58,144 bases of DNA from an uncultured Bdellovibrionales bacterium. GTDB lineage: Bacteria; Bdellovibrionota_C; UBA2361; OMII01. Made by a program: the position numbers and the translations under genes. The stretch spans positions 1 to 58,144 of the forward strand of contig CAZZJR010000006.1 of the NCBI GenBank assembly GCA_964654585.1, in the 5' to 3' direction. Shown here one piece after another: positions 10,117 to 19,595 of the stretch. The notes beneath the pieces were generated by a model. The model saw nothing but the letters and a program-made list of their open reading frames with translations. It made no database searches and was not told the origin of the DNA. The first letter of the stretch is position 1; each line of letters opens with the position of its first letter.

Positions 10117-11067
10117 ATGGCGCTCCGCCTCCGTTCATACATCCTGCTCATCGTCTTCACCTTTGTGGTCCTGGTGGTGTTGGTGTGGCCACAGCTGCTC
10201 TCGTACGGCGCACAGTACGCGCTTCGGTCAGCGCAGTCTCCAACTATGAGGCTATCGTGGACCGGCGCTCAGGGCTCACGTGGTGGCGTGCACTTCGACT
10301 CGATTGAAGCGTTGTTCTCCGTCAGCACGGGCAGTAGGGGTCCTATCAAGTCGCTGCCTGTAAAGCTCTCTGTATCGAACGTGTGGGTCAAGCCAAGCTT
10401 GATTTCAGCCCTTCTCAATCAGCAAGCCGCAACTTTTTCTGCGGACCTCTTCGAGGGCAGTGTCTCTGGCTCGGTGTCAGGCGCGCTCGGGTCTCCGCTG
10501 CTATCGCTTGCCTGGTCGGACATCGAGCTCGCTGCTCTAGCTCGTTACCCAGCGATCAGGGCGCTCGGCCTCAACGAAGGAGTCTTCGAAGGCACGGTCA
10601 CCCTAACCGCTGTTGATTCTGCAGCTCGCCCCGACACGACTTTCTCAGCCACGCTGAGAGATTTTGCGATCCCACGCAACACCCTCTCGTCTGTTCTCAA
10701 GGTACAGCCTGGGGAGCTAGTAACCATCTCGGTCTCAGGCGCATCATCCCGAAATTCAGTTTCGCTCCAGCAGCTCTCTCTCTCGGGGTTTTTCGGAAAA
10801 ATTCTCTCGACGGGGACGATCGGGCTTTCCCCCGATGGGGAGGCACAAGAGGTAAACCTCTCAACTGATGTCCAACTCTCGGATTCAGGGAGCCAGCGCT
10901 TCGGCCAGTGGCTCCCCCTCGCGAGCAACAATGTGCTCGATGCTCGGGCCACCGCTTTTACCGTACGCTCAAGGACTGTATCGTGCCCAAGCGGGGGGCA
11001 TCCCTACACGCTGCAGTTGGGGCATCGTACGCTCTGCTTCTCTAACCAGTTCAACCGGAAGCCATAA
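10117..11067 (+). CDS. gspN: Type II secretion GspN-like protein
   Basis: N-terminal TM, beta-rich body, VKPSLISALL...FSADLFEGSVSG segment like deltaproteobacterial GspN; follows gspM. Confidence 0.6.
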   Translation: MALRLRSYILLIVFTFVVLVVLVWPQLLSYGAQYALRSAQSPTMRLSWTGAQGSRGGVHFDSIEALFSVSTGSRGPIKSLPVKLSVSNVWVKPSLISALLNQQAATFSADLFEGSVSGSVSGALGSPLLSLAWSDIELAALARYPAIRALGLNEGVFEGTVTLTAVDSAARPDTTFSATLRDFAIPRNTLSSVLKVQPGELVTISVSGASSRNSVSLQQLSLSGFFGKILSTGTIGLSPDGEAQEVNLSTDVQLSDSGSQRFGQWLPLASNNVLDARATAFTVRSRTVSCPSGGHPYTLQLGHRTLCFSNQFNRKP

Positions 11068-11198
11068 TGAGGGCTTACAGGTCGGAATTTATGGCTCTAC
11101 AGTGAGTCTTGCGCCGTGGTACTCTAATAGCCAGGGAAGCATTATGAGCCGTAGGCAGCGAATCAAGTCGGTGCGCACCGGCCTCTCGGGGAAGTTAT

Positions 11199-11858
11199 AT
11201 GCAGAACGTGGTAATCGTGGTGTGTGGGCTCCTGGCTTTAGGAGCTGTCGTGGCTGCCTTCATGCTCAACAAGAAGCTCTCGAAGGGTGCCTCTGACGAG
11301 GCAATCGCTGATCTCCGCGCTGAATCAGAGAAGCTTGAAGGAGAGATGGTCGCTCTACTTGGCGACATCAACCGCTTTGCTTCAAAGGGCCAGGTTCAGA
11401 CCCTGATTGCCCAAACACAGCGCTTCGTCAAGGCGCTTGAGGAGCAGCGAGACAAGCTACAACAAACCGAGGCCCGCCTAAGAAAAGCTCAGGAAGAGGT
11501 CATGGGCAGAGAGCTCTCCCAGCAAGAGGTCAAGACCGCGCGGCAAGAAGACGAGAAGAAGCTTGTCGAGGTCATGTCGAATTACCAGGACTTCTCTTCT
11601 CAGTCAGTAACGCTTGAGCACAAGCTTGCGCAGAGCCTTCGCCAACTCGACACCATGATAGTAGAGAACCCATTGACCGCCAACCAGCGCGCCCTGTTTC
11701 AGGAGCTTTCAAACGCGCTCACCGCGGCGAGTGCGCAACTGCGTGACGTGATCGTTGACTACCAAGCGGTGTACGAGCGCCTCGATGCTCTTCGAAATCA
11801 GTACGCCGACTTGGAGAAGGAGTACACGAAGCTTGTCGATCTGCAGCTTGGTTCGTGA
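11199..11858 (+). CDS. Membrane-anchored coiled-coil hypothetical protein
   Basis: N-terminal hydrophobic anchor then about 190 aa of heptad-rich Q/E/K/L sequence. Confidence 0.75.
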   Translation: MQNVVIVVCGLLALGAVVAAFMLNKKLSKGASDEAIADLRAESEKLEGEMVALLGDINRFASKGQVQTLIAQTQRFVKALEEQRDKLQQTEARLRKAQEEVMGRELSQQEVKTARQEDEKKLVEVMSNYQDFSSQSVTLEHKLAQSLRQLDTMIVENPLTANQRALFQELSNALTAASAQLRDVIVDYQAVYERLDALRNQYADLEKEYTKLVDLQLGS

Positions 11859-11872
11859 GCAACCCAACGGCC

Positions 11873-12658
11873 CTACAGGAGATCCTCAAGGACTTTTCCG
11901 AGCTGCTCGAGGGACGCCTGCCGAACGGATTCGTCAACCATGGTAAAGACTTCCTTGCAGAGGTTCATGTCTCTGCAGTCCCACCGCAAGCCATACTTGG
12001 TGAAAGTCATTGAGTGCTGCGATGATCGGTCGCGTACGATGCAACCAACTGTGACAGTCATTGAATTCACGTCTGCACGATAACCCGTGTAGCCAGCCTC
12101 CCCCTCCACGCTCTGCCAATCTTCCGCAGCAGTACCCTGGATCTGTTCCCGAATGTTAGCGCTCAGCCGCTCAACCGAGTCGTTGAAATCCCGCCGCAGC
12201 GAGTCTTGGTGCTGACGGACGGCTGCCTGAACCTCCATGTAGAGCTGGCGCGCTACGTCGCCCTCCGCGAGCACTTGCACCTGTCTTGCGGTGGCCTGTG
12301 TGCCTCTAAATCCTGGGTCGAGGATCATTTTGGGCGCCCAGCCGCGGGGTCGGAGCTCCACGGAGTAGCGAGAAACACTCGCCTCTGTAAAGCTGTACCC
12401 GCCGGCGAAGAAGTTGCTGACTACCGGAGTCGAGCAACGCAACACCAGAACTCCTGTCTTTGTGTCGGTGCAGAAGAGCTGCTCCCACGTCTCCTGAGAC
12501 CGTTGGTACCTCTTGGAGGAATCGAGCGCCTCACCGCCTTGCTCCCAACGATCAGCAGGGGTGTTTGCCAGCGTAGCCTTTATCTTCTCCAACAACCCAC
12601 TCGGCTTGGCCGTGTCGCCCTCTGCTGGCAGGTCCTTCTTTTCGTTGTCGTTCATCAC
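11873..12658 (-). CDS. Hypothetical cytoplasmic protein with internal two-fold duplication
   Basis: GGAG RBS upstream; 261 aa; two similar halves. Confidence 0.75.
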   Translation of the reverse strand: MMNDNEKKDLPAEGDTAKPSGLLEKIKATLANTPADRWEQGGEALDSSKRYQRSQETWEQLFCTDTKTGVLVLRCSTPVVSNFFAGGYSFTEASVSRYSVELRPRGWAPKMILDPGFRGTQATARQVQVLAEGDVARQLYMEVQAAVRQHQDSLRRDFNDSVERLSANIREQIQGTAAEDWQSVEGEAGYTGYRADVNSMTVTVGCIVRDRSSQHSMTFTKYGLRWDCRDMNLCKEVFTMVDESVRQASLEQLGKVLEDLL

Positions 12659-12747
12659 TCTACTCCCTACCTCCCATTCTAGCGGTGGTTGGGCTCAACT
12701 TTCAACTTTACAAATCCGTGACAGCCTGACTTTCTGAGGCCGTGCCT

Positions 12748-15327
12748 CTACGAGACCGAACGATCAACAGGTGGAACGAGGATCTCCCTGGGCTTAACGC
12801 CATCCATCTTTCCAACCACTCCCTCACGCTCCATCATCTCTATGATGCGAGCAGCCCTGTTGTATCCGATGCGAAAGGTACGTTGAATCATGGAGGTCGA
12901 AGCCTGCCCTTTCTCTAGCACGAGTTCGACCGCCTTGTCGTAAAATGGATCAGCCTCATCACCTTCTCCATCCGGGCCACCCTGACCGTCACCTTGGCCC
13001 CCGTTGTCCTCGGCTAGCGCCTTATCGCACGCAGCGATAATCGCCTCGTCGTACTGGGGTGTGCAGTGACTCTTGAGAGACGCCACAACGCGTTGAACCT
13101 CCTGATCGTCGACGAAAGCGCCATGTACACGCTTGAGTGGGACAGCTCCGGGCAACATGAACAGCATGTCACCCCGACCGAGGAGCTTCTCGGCGCCCAT
13201 TGAGTCAAGGATCGTGCGAGAATCGATGCGGCTTGATACCCGGAACGAGAGGCGTGCTGGAAAGTTAGCTTTGATTAAGCCCGTAATAACATCAACTGAG
13301 GGGCGCTGCGTTGCTACAATCAGGTGAATACCCGCGGCGCGCGCCTTCTGGGCGAGGCGCGTGATAAGCTCCTCGATCTCGCGGCCCACCGTGAGCATGA
13401 GATCTGCAAGCTCATCAATTACGATCACGATCTTCGGAAGTGGCTTTAGCTGTTCTGGAGCAACCGAGTCTACTGCTTCTGCCCCCTCGTCCGCAGCATC
13501 CAGCGGAAGGTCCGGCTGCGCCGGTGGGAGTTCCGGAGACAGCAGTTCGAGCTGCTCCGAACCGGGGGATACGCCAGCTGAATCATCCTCGGGCGAGCCC
13601 TCTCCTGAGACTAACCGGTTGTAGCCGTCGATGTTCCTAACGCCAAACTTCTGCATGTACCGGTACCGCCGGTCCATCTCTTTAACCGCCCAGGCGAGAA
13701 CTGCCCTGGCTTGCCGAGGATCCGTTACCACTGGGACGCGCAGATGGGGAATGCCGTCGTAGACGCTAAGCTCAAGCACTTTCGGATCAATAAGGATCAG
13801 GCCAAGCTCCGACGGGTGCGCGCGATACAGGAGGCTGAGCAGCAGCGCATTGATGCACACCGACTTGCCGGTTCCCGTTGCTCCCGCCATTAGCAGGTGA
13901 GGCATCGTAGCGATATCTACCACCACGGCGTCCCCGTAGGTGTCTTTACCGAGGGGCACGCTCAAAATCGAATCAGCCGAGCTGAAGGAGTTGCTCTCAA
14001 GGCAGTCTCGCAACCGAACTACGGCACGGTTCTTGTTAGGCACCTCTATACCGACCGTGCCGCGCTTCGGAATCGGAGCGATAATTCGAATGCTGCTGGC
14101 CTTGAGGCTCATCGCAAGGTCGTCTTGCAACGCCGCAATCCTGCCCACCTTGACTCCAGCGGCAGGCTCAAATTCGAAGAGGGTAATAACCGGTCCAGGA
14201 TGAACCTGCGTAACCCGACCGGCTATGTTGAAGTCTTTCAGTTTTGTCTCTATCTGTTCCGCCTTCTGCCTAAGCTCGTCATCATCCTCGCCGAACGCTG
14301 AATTGTCTTCCCTCGCCAGCAGCGAGAGTTCCGGAGCAACGTACTCGTCAAACTGCGGCGCAGCCTGGGGCGCCGTTTCATTCTCTTGCTTCGGCTTTTT
14401 CTTCTCAGGAAGCGGTCGCAGGGTGCGCATCTCGGACGCCTCCGGGGGCCGTGGCTTCACGATGATTGGCTCCGGTCGAGGGAGAGGCTCTTGTCCAGCG
14501 GGTACCGGGACCTCCACCGGCACAACGGTCTCCACGATCTCTGCGATCTTACGAATCTTAGGTCGCGCGGCTGTTGGCGCTTCAATCGGAGCGGGTCCCT
14601 TGGACACAAACAGCCCCGCGGTCGCCTCACCAGCGATCCGCAACCCCTGTGCCGCGCCCTTTCCACCGGCCACAGCCACCTTCGCCGCTGCTTTGGGAGC
14701 GCGCCAACAGAGCCACGTGAGAAGCCATTGCCCACCCGCTCGTATACCGTGCGCTACGTCCCCCACAGAACGCTGCAACAGGATCGCGACGCTCACCGCA
14801 AGCAGGATAGCCAAAACCACAAACGCGCCTCCCGAACCGAAGTTGCGGGAGAGCCCCCTGAAGACTGTTGAGCCGACCGACCCTGCCAACACCTCGTTAC
14901 CGAGCATCGCCAGCAGCCCGGTTGAGCTTGCGACAAGAGCAATACCGGAGAGCGCAACCACTCCAGTCGTGTAACGACGAGGCTGCTGCTCAGAATCGGC
15001 AGACCGGAAGAAGGCGAGCCACACCAAACCGAGCACTGGAAGCACTGCTCCGAGTCCGAGGAAGCCTCCAAGCAATGTTGCTACCACGTGCCCCAAGGGG
15101 CCCATGATGTTCCCATGGGGGTTAAGCTCTACCCCGGTAACACGCATGTATGTGAAGGAAGAGATGCTCAGAAGAAGAAGCACTCCTCCAGCGAGCAGCA
15201 AGAGAGACACGCTGTCCCTGATCCATGCCCGGGATATGCTAGGGCCACCAGCCTTCCCCGATGCGAGCTTGACGGACTTCTGGCTCTTAACTCGCTGGGA
15301 GGATCTACGCTTCTGCGCTGCTGTCAT
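12748..15327 (-). CDS. ftsK: DNA translocase FtsK
   Basis: N-terminal TMs, Pro-rich linker, GATGTGKS, IDELADLM, QKARAAGIHLIVATQRPSVDVITG, gamma domain IGYNRAARII. Confidence 0.97.
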   Translation of the reverse strand: MTAAQKRRSSQRVKSQKSVKLASGKAGGPSISRAWIRDSVSLLLLAGGVLLLLSISSFTYMRVTGVELNPHGNIMGPLGHVVATLLGGFLGLGAVLPVLGLVWLAFFRSADSEQQPRRYTTGVVALSGIALVASSTGLLAMLGNEVLAGSVGSTVFRGLSRNFGSGGAFVVLAILLAVSVAILLQRSVGDVAHGIRAGGQWLLTWLCWRAPKAAAKVAVAGGKGAAQGLRIAGEATAGLFVSKGPAPIEAPTAARPKIRKIAEIVETVVPVEVPVPAGQEPLPRPEPIIVKPRPPEASEMRTLRPLPEKKKPKQENETAPQAAPQFDEYVAPELSLLAREDNSAFGEDDDELRQKAEQIETKLKDFNIAGRVTQVHPGPVITLFEFEPAAGVKVGRIAALQDDLAMSLKASSIRIIAPIPKRGTVGIEVPNKNRAVVRLRDCLESNSFSSADSILSVPLGKDTYGDAVVVDIATMPHLLMAGATGTGKSVCINALLLSLLYRAHPSELGLILIDPKVLELSVYDGIPHLRVPVVTDPRQARAVLAWAVKEMDRRYRYMQKFGVRNIDGYNRLVSGEGSPEDDSAGVSPGSEQLELLSPELPPAQPDLPLDAADEGAEAVDSVAPEQLKPLPKIVIVIDELADLMLTVGREIEELITRLAQKARAAGIHLIVATQRPSVDVITGLIKANFPARLSFRVSSRIDSRTILDSMGAEKLLGRGDMLFMLPGAVPLKRVHGAFVDDQEVQRVVASLKSHCTPQYDEAIIAACDKALAEDNGGQGDGQGGPDGEGDEADPFYDKAVELVLEKGQASTSMIQRTFRIGYNRAARIIEMMEREGVVGKMDGVKPREILVPPVDRSVS

Positions 15328-15567
15328 GGGGGATGCTTACCTTCTCAAAAACGCGGCTATCACCTTTTTTCCAACGCGCTCTCCGCGCTGCCCAGCTACT
15401 GGGATTTGCTTCGCGGCTAGACACGAAGCGTTATCTCGTACGGAACAACGACAAACTTTATTTGAGAGTAGGATGCTAACACTTCAAAACCCTTCGCGTT
15501 AGAGGAAAACTTTTAGTAGGAAGGCCCTCCCGCATCCAGGGAGATTAATACTTTCAAGGTGTTAGAC

Positions 15568-16212
15568 CTACTTCTGAGGGCGGACAAATTGGTCATCCCG
15601 ACGAGCTGCGAAATCCGCCGAAGCTGCCGAAACTCCTCGGTCGAATAGCTCCCGAGCCGAGAGCCAACCAGAACCCGTACCGTCTGTACCGTAGCGCTGG
15701 CCGATCTTGAGCCAATTATCCGATAGAGCCTCCTGCCGGAAGAAGTAGTTGGCTTGCCAAACCTGAGCTCCATCTGAAACCCGCGAGATGGTCATCAAGA
15801 AAGAAACAGCGGCCGGCTCGCCTCCGAACTTCGACCCCTCCCGCTCTTGGTAGGTGAGCACCTCTGTCTTCAGCACCGCGTCCGCCTTCGCCGGAGAACT
15901 CGCTGGTACAACCTTCATGGTAAGAGCCTCATCAACCCTACGTTCCAGAAGCTCCTGCAATCCCGGAATCGCCATACCCGATGCATTAACCGCCGGAGAT
16001 ACGGTCAGCGGCAAGACTCTTAGGGAGCTAATAGTTGTTAGGCGGGCTTGGCTCTGAACCCGAACTGTCAGGGGAGACACGACCGGCGAAGATGTTCGCG
16101 GGCTAGACTGCCCCGTCGCCCCACCGACACGCCTTCCCTGCTCAGCGCACCCCACAGCGTTGCCACTCACGACCAATGCGAAGAGCACCAACAAAAGCCT
16201 ACTGTGAACCAT
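15568..16212 (-). CDS. Putative lipoprotein, CsgG/TolB-N/LpoB-like alpha-beta fold
   Basis: Hydrophobic signal ending AVGC (lipobox-like), S/T/P/G linker, ADAVLKTEV...VSDGAQVWQA pattern. Confidence 0.65.
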   Translation of the reverse strand: MVHSRLLLVLFALVVSGNAVGCAEQGRRVGGATGQSSPRTSSPVVSPLTVRVQSQARLTTISSLRVLPLTVSPAVNASGMAIPGLQELLERRVDEALTMKVVPASSPAKADAVLKTEVLTYQEREGSKFGGEPAAVSFLMTISRVSDGAQVWQANYFFRQEALSDNWLKIGQRYGTDGTGSGWLSARELFDRGVSAASADFAARRDDQFVRPQK

Positions 16213-16516
16213 TGAGCATTCCCCCACGACTTCCCCTTATTGTCCCTGCTTGAATACTACCGATCTGGTCCGTTTGCCCATCAAAAAACCGACGCTACAA
16301 GCCGAAAAATGTCAAGTCTACACGGAGCACTCCCGGACCTTCTCGTGCTAAATGAGCGCGGTCATGGGAGTGGAAGTAAGCATTTTTTGGCCAACCGAGA
16401 GGCAGTTGCCTCTTGATCTAAGCGCGGGGAAGGAATTAGGCTCCTTGGTCTAAACAAATTGTTAAAAAACTTCGCGAAGTCCGCGAAGGCCCCTTTAATT
16501 CGGATACACAGCACCT

Positions 16517-16984
16517 ATGAGCACCAAGGCCACCGAGAAGATTATTGACGCACTCACCCAACTCGTTGAGGGCTTCGCGGAGCTCCAAGAGCGTCTTGAA
16601 GAGGACTACGATCCGGACGTTGAGTCAGACGAGGACGAAGCCTCGGAGAAGGACGAAAAAGAAGAGGGTCCATCGAGTTTGGAAGAAGCGCTCGTCACGG
16701 AGGTTCGGGCAGCAGTGGAGGCCGTGATCGAGAACGAGGATTGCGCGCCAGAGGATCTCGCATCGATCGTCTCAGCGCTTAGTGATGCTCTTGAAGAGAT
16801 CGACCCAGAGGTGTTCGCTCACGGCGCCGTTGCGGAGTCTGATGAGGATGAAGAAGAAGACGTAGACGTTGACGACGAAGACTACGATGAAGACTACGAT
16901 GAAGACGAGGACGAGGACGAAGACGAAGACGAAGACGAAGACGAGGACGAAGAAGACGAAGAGGAAGATGATGATGATGACTAG
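16517..16984 (+). CDS. Extremely acidic hypothetical protein with poly-Asp/Glu C-terminal tail
   Basis: 155 aa, about half D/E by hand count; helical N-terminal part; last ~47 residues almost only D/E. Confidence 0.8.
   Translation: MSTKATEKIIDALTQLVEGFAELQERLEEDYDPDVESDEDEASEKDEKEEGPSSLEEALVTEVRAAVEAVIENEDCAPEDLASIVSALSDALEEIDPEVFAHGAVAESDEDEEEDVDVDDEDYDEDYDEDEDEDEDEDEDEDEDEEDEEEDDDDD
16840..16981 (+). repeat. Low-complexity GAN codon repeat encoding the acidic tail
   Basis: Runs of GAAGAC/GAGGAC hexamers and two GAAGACTACGAT 12-mers. Confidence 0.85.
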
Positions 16985-17122
16985 GGGCTAGTTCCTTGCG
17001 CTGCGTCTGTTTGTAAGGCCTCTCCTCGTATAGATGTATTCTTTGCAGCTAGACCCTTGAGGGGATTGCCCGGCCTCGGTTACAGGGGTCGGCGCTACCC
17101 CATAAGCACAAACACTCGGTAG

Positions 17123-18340
17123 CTACTCCGGCAGGAGCCGATACTCCGACCAATCGGTGAGCGGGAATCGCTGCAGAGCATGCTCGATGTCGCGTCGAGT
17201 TATCCGGGCGACTTTTGCAATCACCTCCGCCAAAGGTGTCGATGACTTCCGGTACGTCCACTCCATCCCCAGCGACATAAGACGCCCCATCGGAAGCTCG
17301 CCATCCAACACGATCCGGGAAGTTATCTTGGACTTCGAGCGCTCGAGGTCCGCGTCGGAGAATTCGAGTGGGCTTGATAGAACCTCTTTAGCTATCGAAA
17401 GGACCTGATCGAGTCGCTCTGGAGGAGCACTCACGTAGGCGCTGAAACACCCCGTGCCGTCTCGCTCATCGCTATCGACACTGGCTGAGTCAGCAAGACC
17501 CTTATCAACGAGCTCCCAATACATCCGGGAACCGGTTGAATCACCGAGTATCGATGCCAGAAGTGATAGAGGATAACGCTCCTCGTCCTGTGCGCTCGCG
17601 CCCGTTGTAACGAGCACAGCGTGCGAGTGGCTGAGGTTCTTTCGCCGAAAAGTCCTCGTGCCTTGCCTGCCGCTGTACCGAGCTAGCGCTCGGTCAGCAG
17701 GGAAATTCAGCCACCCTCCACATAGCCGCTCTGCGTCGCCGAGAAATCGCTCCCAAGAAAAATTCCCCGTCGCAGCCAGTACGATGTTAGAAGGCGAGTA
17801 GCGGCGGTCAAAGTAGCCTTTCATCGCGTCACGGGTGAGGCCCGAGACCGAGCCGTGCGTCCCGAGCACCGAATTTCCCGCGGGATGGGCGCCGAAGTAG
17901 TCCTTGAATGCATTTTCAAAGAGGTAGAAATGCGGCCGGTCCTGATACAGGGCTATCTCTTCAAGGATTACCTTCTTCTCCATGTCGAACTCCTGAGGGT
18001 CGAGGAGCGGGCGCATCATGTCACTCAGGAGCTCCTGCATGGCACTAAAGTTCTCGGGGATAATCGCCGAGTAGTAGACCGTGTTTTCCTCGGAGGTAAA
18101 TGCGTTTGCCTGTGCGCCGAGGTTTCCGAGCTGAAGGTTAATCTCTATCGCGGACCTGGTTGGAGTGCCCTTGAAGAGCATGTGCTCCAGGAAGTGCGAG
18201 ACTCCCGACTCCGCAGCGGTTTCATCACGTGCTCCAGTGCGCACAAAGAAGCCGATTGCGGCACTCGCATTTGCGCTATTTGGTTCTCCGAGGATCGTAA
18301 GCCCGTTCGACAAGGTCTCTCTGCGGAACTCGACGGCCAT
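17123..18340 (-). CDS. M16B (pitrilysin/insulinase family) zinc peptidase, catalytic subunit
   Basis: LSNGL start, SGVSHFLEHMLFKGT (HxxEH), NAFTS, EKKVILEEI. Confidence 0.93.
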   Translation of the reverse strand: MAVEFRRETLSNGLTILGEPNSANASAAIGFFVRTGARDETAAESGVSHFLEHMLFKGTPTRSAIEINLQLGNLGAQANAFTSEENTVYYSAIIPENFSAMQELLSDMMRPLLDPQEFDMEKKVILEEIALYQDRPHFYLFENAFKDYFGAHPAGNSVLGTHGSVSGLTRDAMKGYFDRRYSPSNIVLAATGNFSWERFLGDAERLCGGWLNFPADRALARYSGRQGTRTFRRKNLSHSHAVLVTTGASAQDEERYPLSLLASILGDSTGSRMYWELVDKGLADSASVDSDERDGTGCFSAYVSAPPERLDQVLSIAKEVLSSPLEFSDADLERSKSKITSRIVLDGELPMGRLMSLGMEWTYRKSSTPLAEVIAKVARITRRDIEHALQRFPLTDWSEYRLLPE

Positions 18341-18344
18341 ACTC

Positions 18345-19595
18345 TTACTGCCTCCGAGCAATTACAGACGCGGACACATCAAGCGGCGCCCGCCCAAGCG
18401 TGAGGATGGTACAGGGCGTAAAAGGGTGCGCCGCAACAAAGGCATCGACACTCTCAACCGAAACCGCGCTAATCGCCTCATTAATCTCCTTGAGCGTTCG
18501 CACCCGCCCGAGAAGCCACCAGTCAGTTGCATTTGAGGCCGCGCGAGAGCCAGGAGATTCCTCTCCCATCACGAGCGCCGACTGCATGTTGGTCTTGGCA
18601 CGTGCCAACTCACTCTCTGTGACGCTGCCCTTGAGATTGCTCAGTTCACCAACGAGCAAGTCGAGGCTCTCCTGCGCCCGCTCTGGAGTGGTGCCGACGT
18701 AGGCGCTTACTGTCCCGTAAGCAGTGTTTGCGCCGTGACGTGCGTAAACCGAGTAGCAGAGGCCACGCTTTTCGCGAAGCTCCATGAAGAGCCTGCCGAA
18801 CATCGATGAGCCGAGGAGACTCACGGCTATCTTTCCTGAGTAGTACCCCTCTTGCCCAAACTTTACCGAGGGCGATGCAAGCACAATCTGCGCCTGTGCC
18901 GAGTCGACTTCAATATGCACGTACTCGTGCGGCGATACTGTCCCAAAATCTGGTATGGTCACAGACGCCCCCATCCAGCTGCCGAAGAGCCGCTCGACGT
19001 CTCTCATTACCTGCTCAGCGCTCACCTTGCCGGCAACTGAGAGGATCGCCCGCTCCGGACCGAATACCTCGCGGTGAAGATTCACCATCCGCTCCCGGGT
19101 GGTGGCTCGAATTCCCTCTGCGTCACCTAACGACGAACGATTAAATGGGGCTGGGTAGTAGCGACTGTTCAGCTCAACCATGGCACGGCGCGCTGGGTTG
19201 TCGTTGAGCGCAGCGATATCCTGCAGCAACACGCTCTGGATATTTTCTATCTCCTCCTCGGGCAGCCGAGGGCTCTGGACCATGAGCGAAACGAGCTCAA
19301 GAGCCCTAGGCAGCTTCCCCGCGATGAGGCTCCCGCTGAACCCGAAACGATCCATCCCAACCCACTCCCCGTGGCGGATACCCTCGTTATCAAAGGCCTC
19401 AGACAGAGCTCGAGAGTTAAGGTCCCCGGCCCCTCGCGCAACAAGCTCTGAGTAGATCAAGCTTGATCCGATACGGGTGCTGGGATCAGACACGAGTCCA
19501 CCGGGAACCAGGAGGTCGTAGGCGGCTGACTCCACGTGTCCTATCTCCTCAACAATGACAGAGAGCCCATTCGACAGCCGACAGGTGTGGATCAT
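18345..19595 (-). CDS. M16B peptidase, non-catalytic partner subunit
   Basis: LSNGL start, no HxxEH, carries RLFMELREKRGLCYSV (R/Y motif). Confidence 0.9.
   Translation of the reverse strand: MIHTCRLSNGLSVIVEEIGHVESAAYDLLVPGGLVSDPSTRIGSSLIYSELVARGAGDLNSRALSEAFDNEGIRHGEWVGMDRFGFSGSLIAGKLPRALELVSLMVQSPRLPEEEIENIQSVLLQDIAALNDNPARRAMVELNSRYYPAPFNRSSLGDAEGIRATTRERMVNLHREVFGPERAILSVAGKVSAEQVMRDVERLFGSWMGASVTIPDFGTVSPHEYVHIEVDSAQAQIVLASPSVKFGQEGYYSGKIAVSLLGSSMFGRLFMELREKRGLCYSVYARHGANTAYGTVSAYVGTTPERAQESLDLLVGELSNLKGSVTESELARAKTNMQSALVMGEESPGSRAASNATDWWLLGRVRTLKEINEAISAVSVESVDAFVAAHPFTPCTILTLGRAPLDVSASVIARRQ

Noticed and set aside
11169-11198. GGTGCGCA resembling the XerC arm of dif near ftsK
   Set aside because: No TTATGTTAAAT-like XerD arm at the proper spacing
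17052-17090. GACCCTTG...CAGGGGTC hairpin between convergent genes
   Set aside because: No U-tract and a large irregular loop; cannot be supported as a terminator or ncRNA
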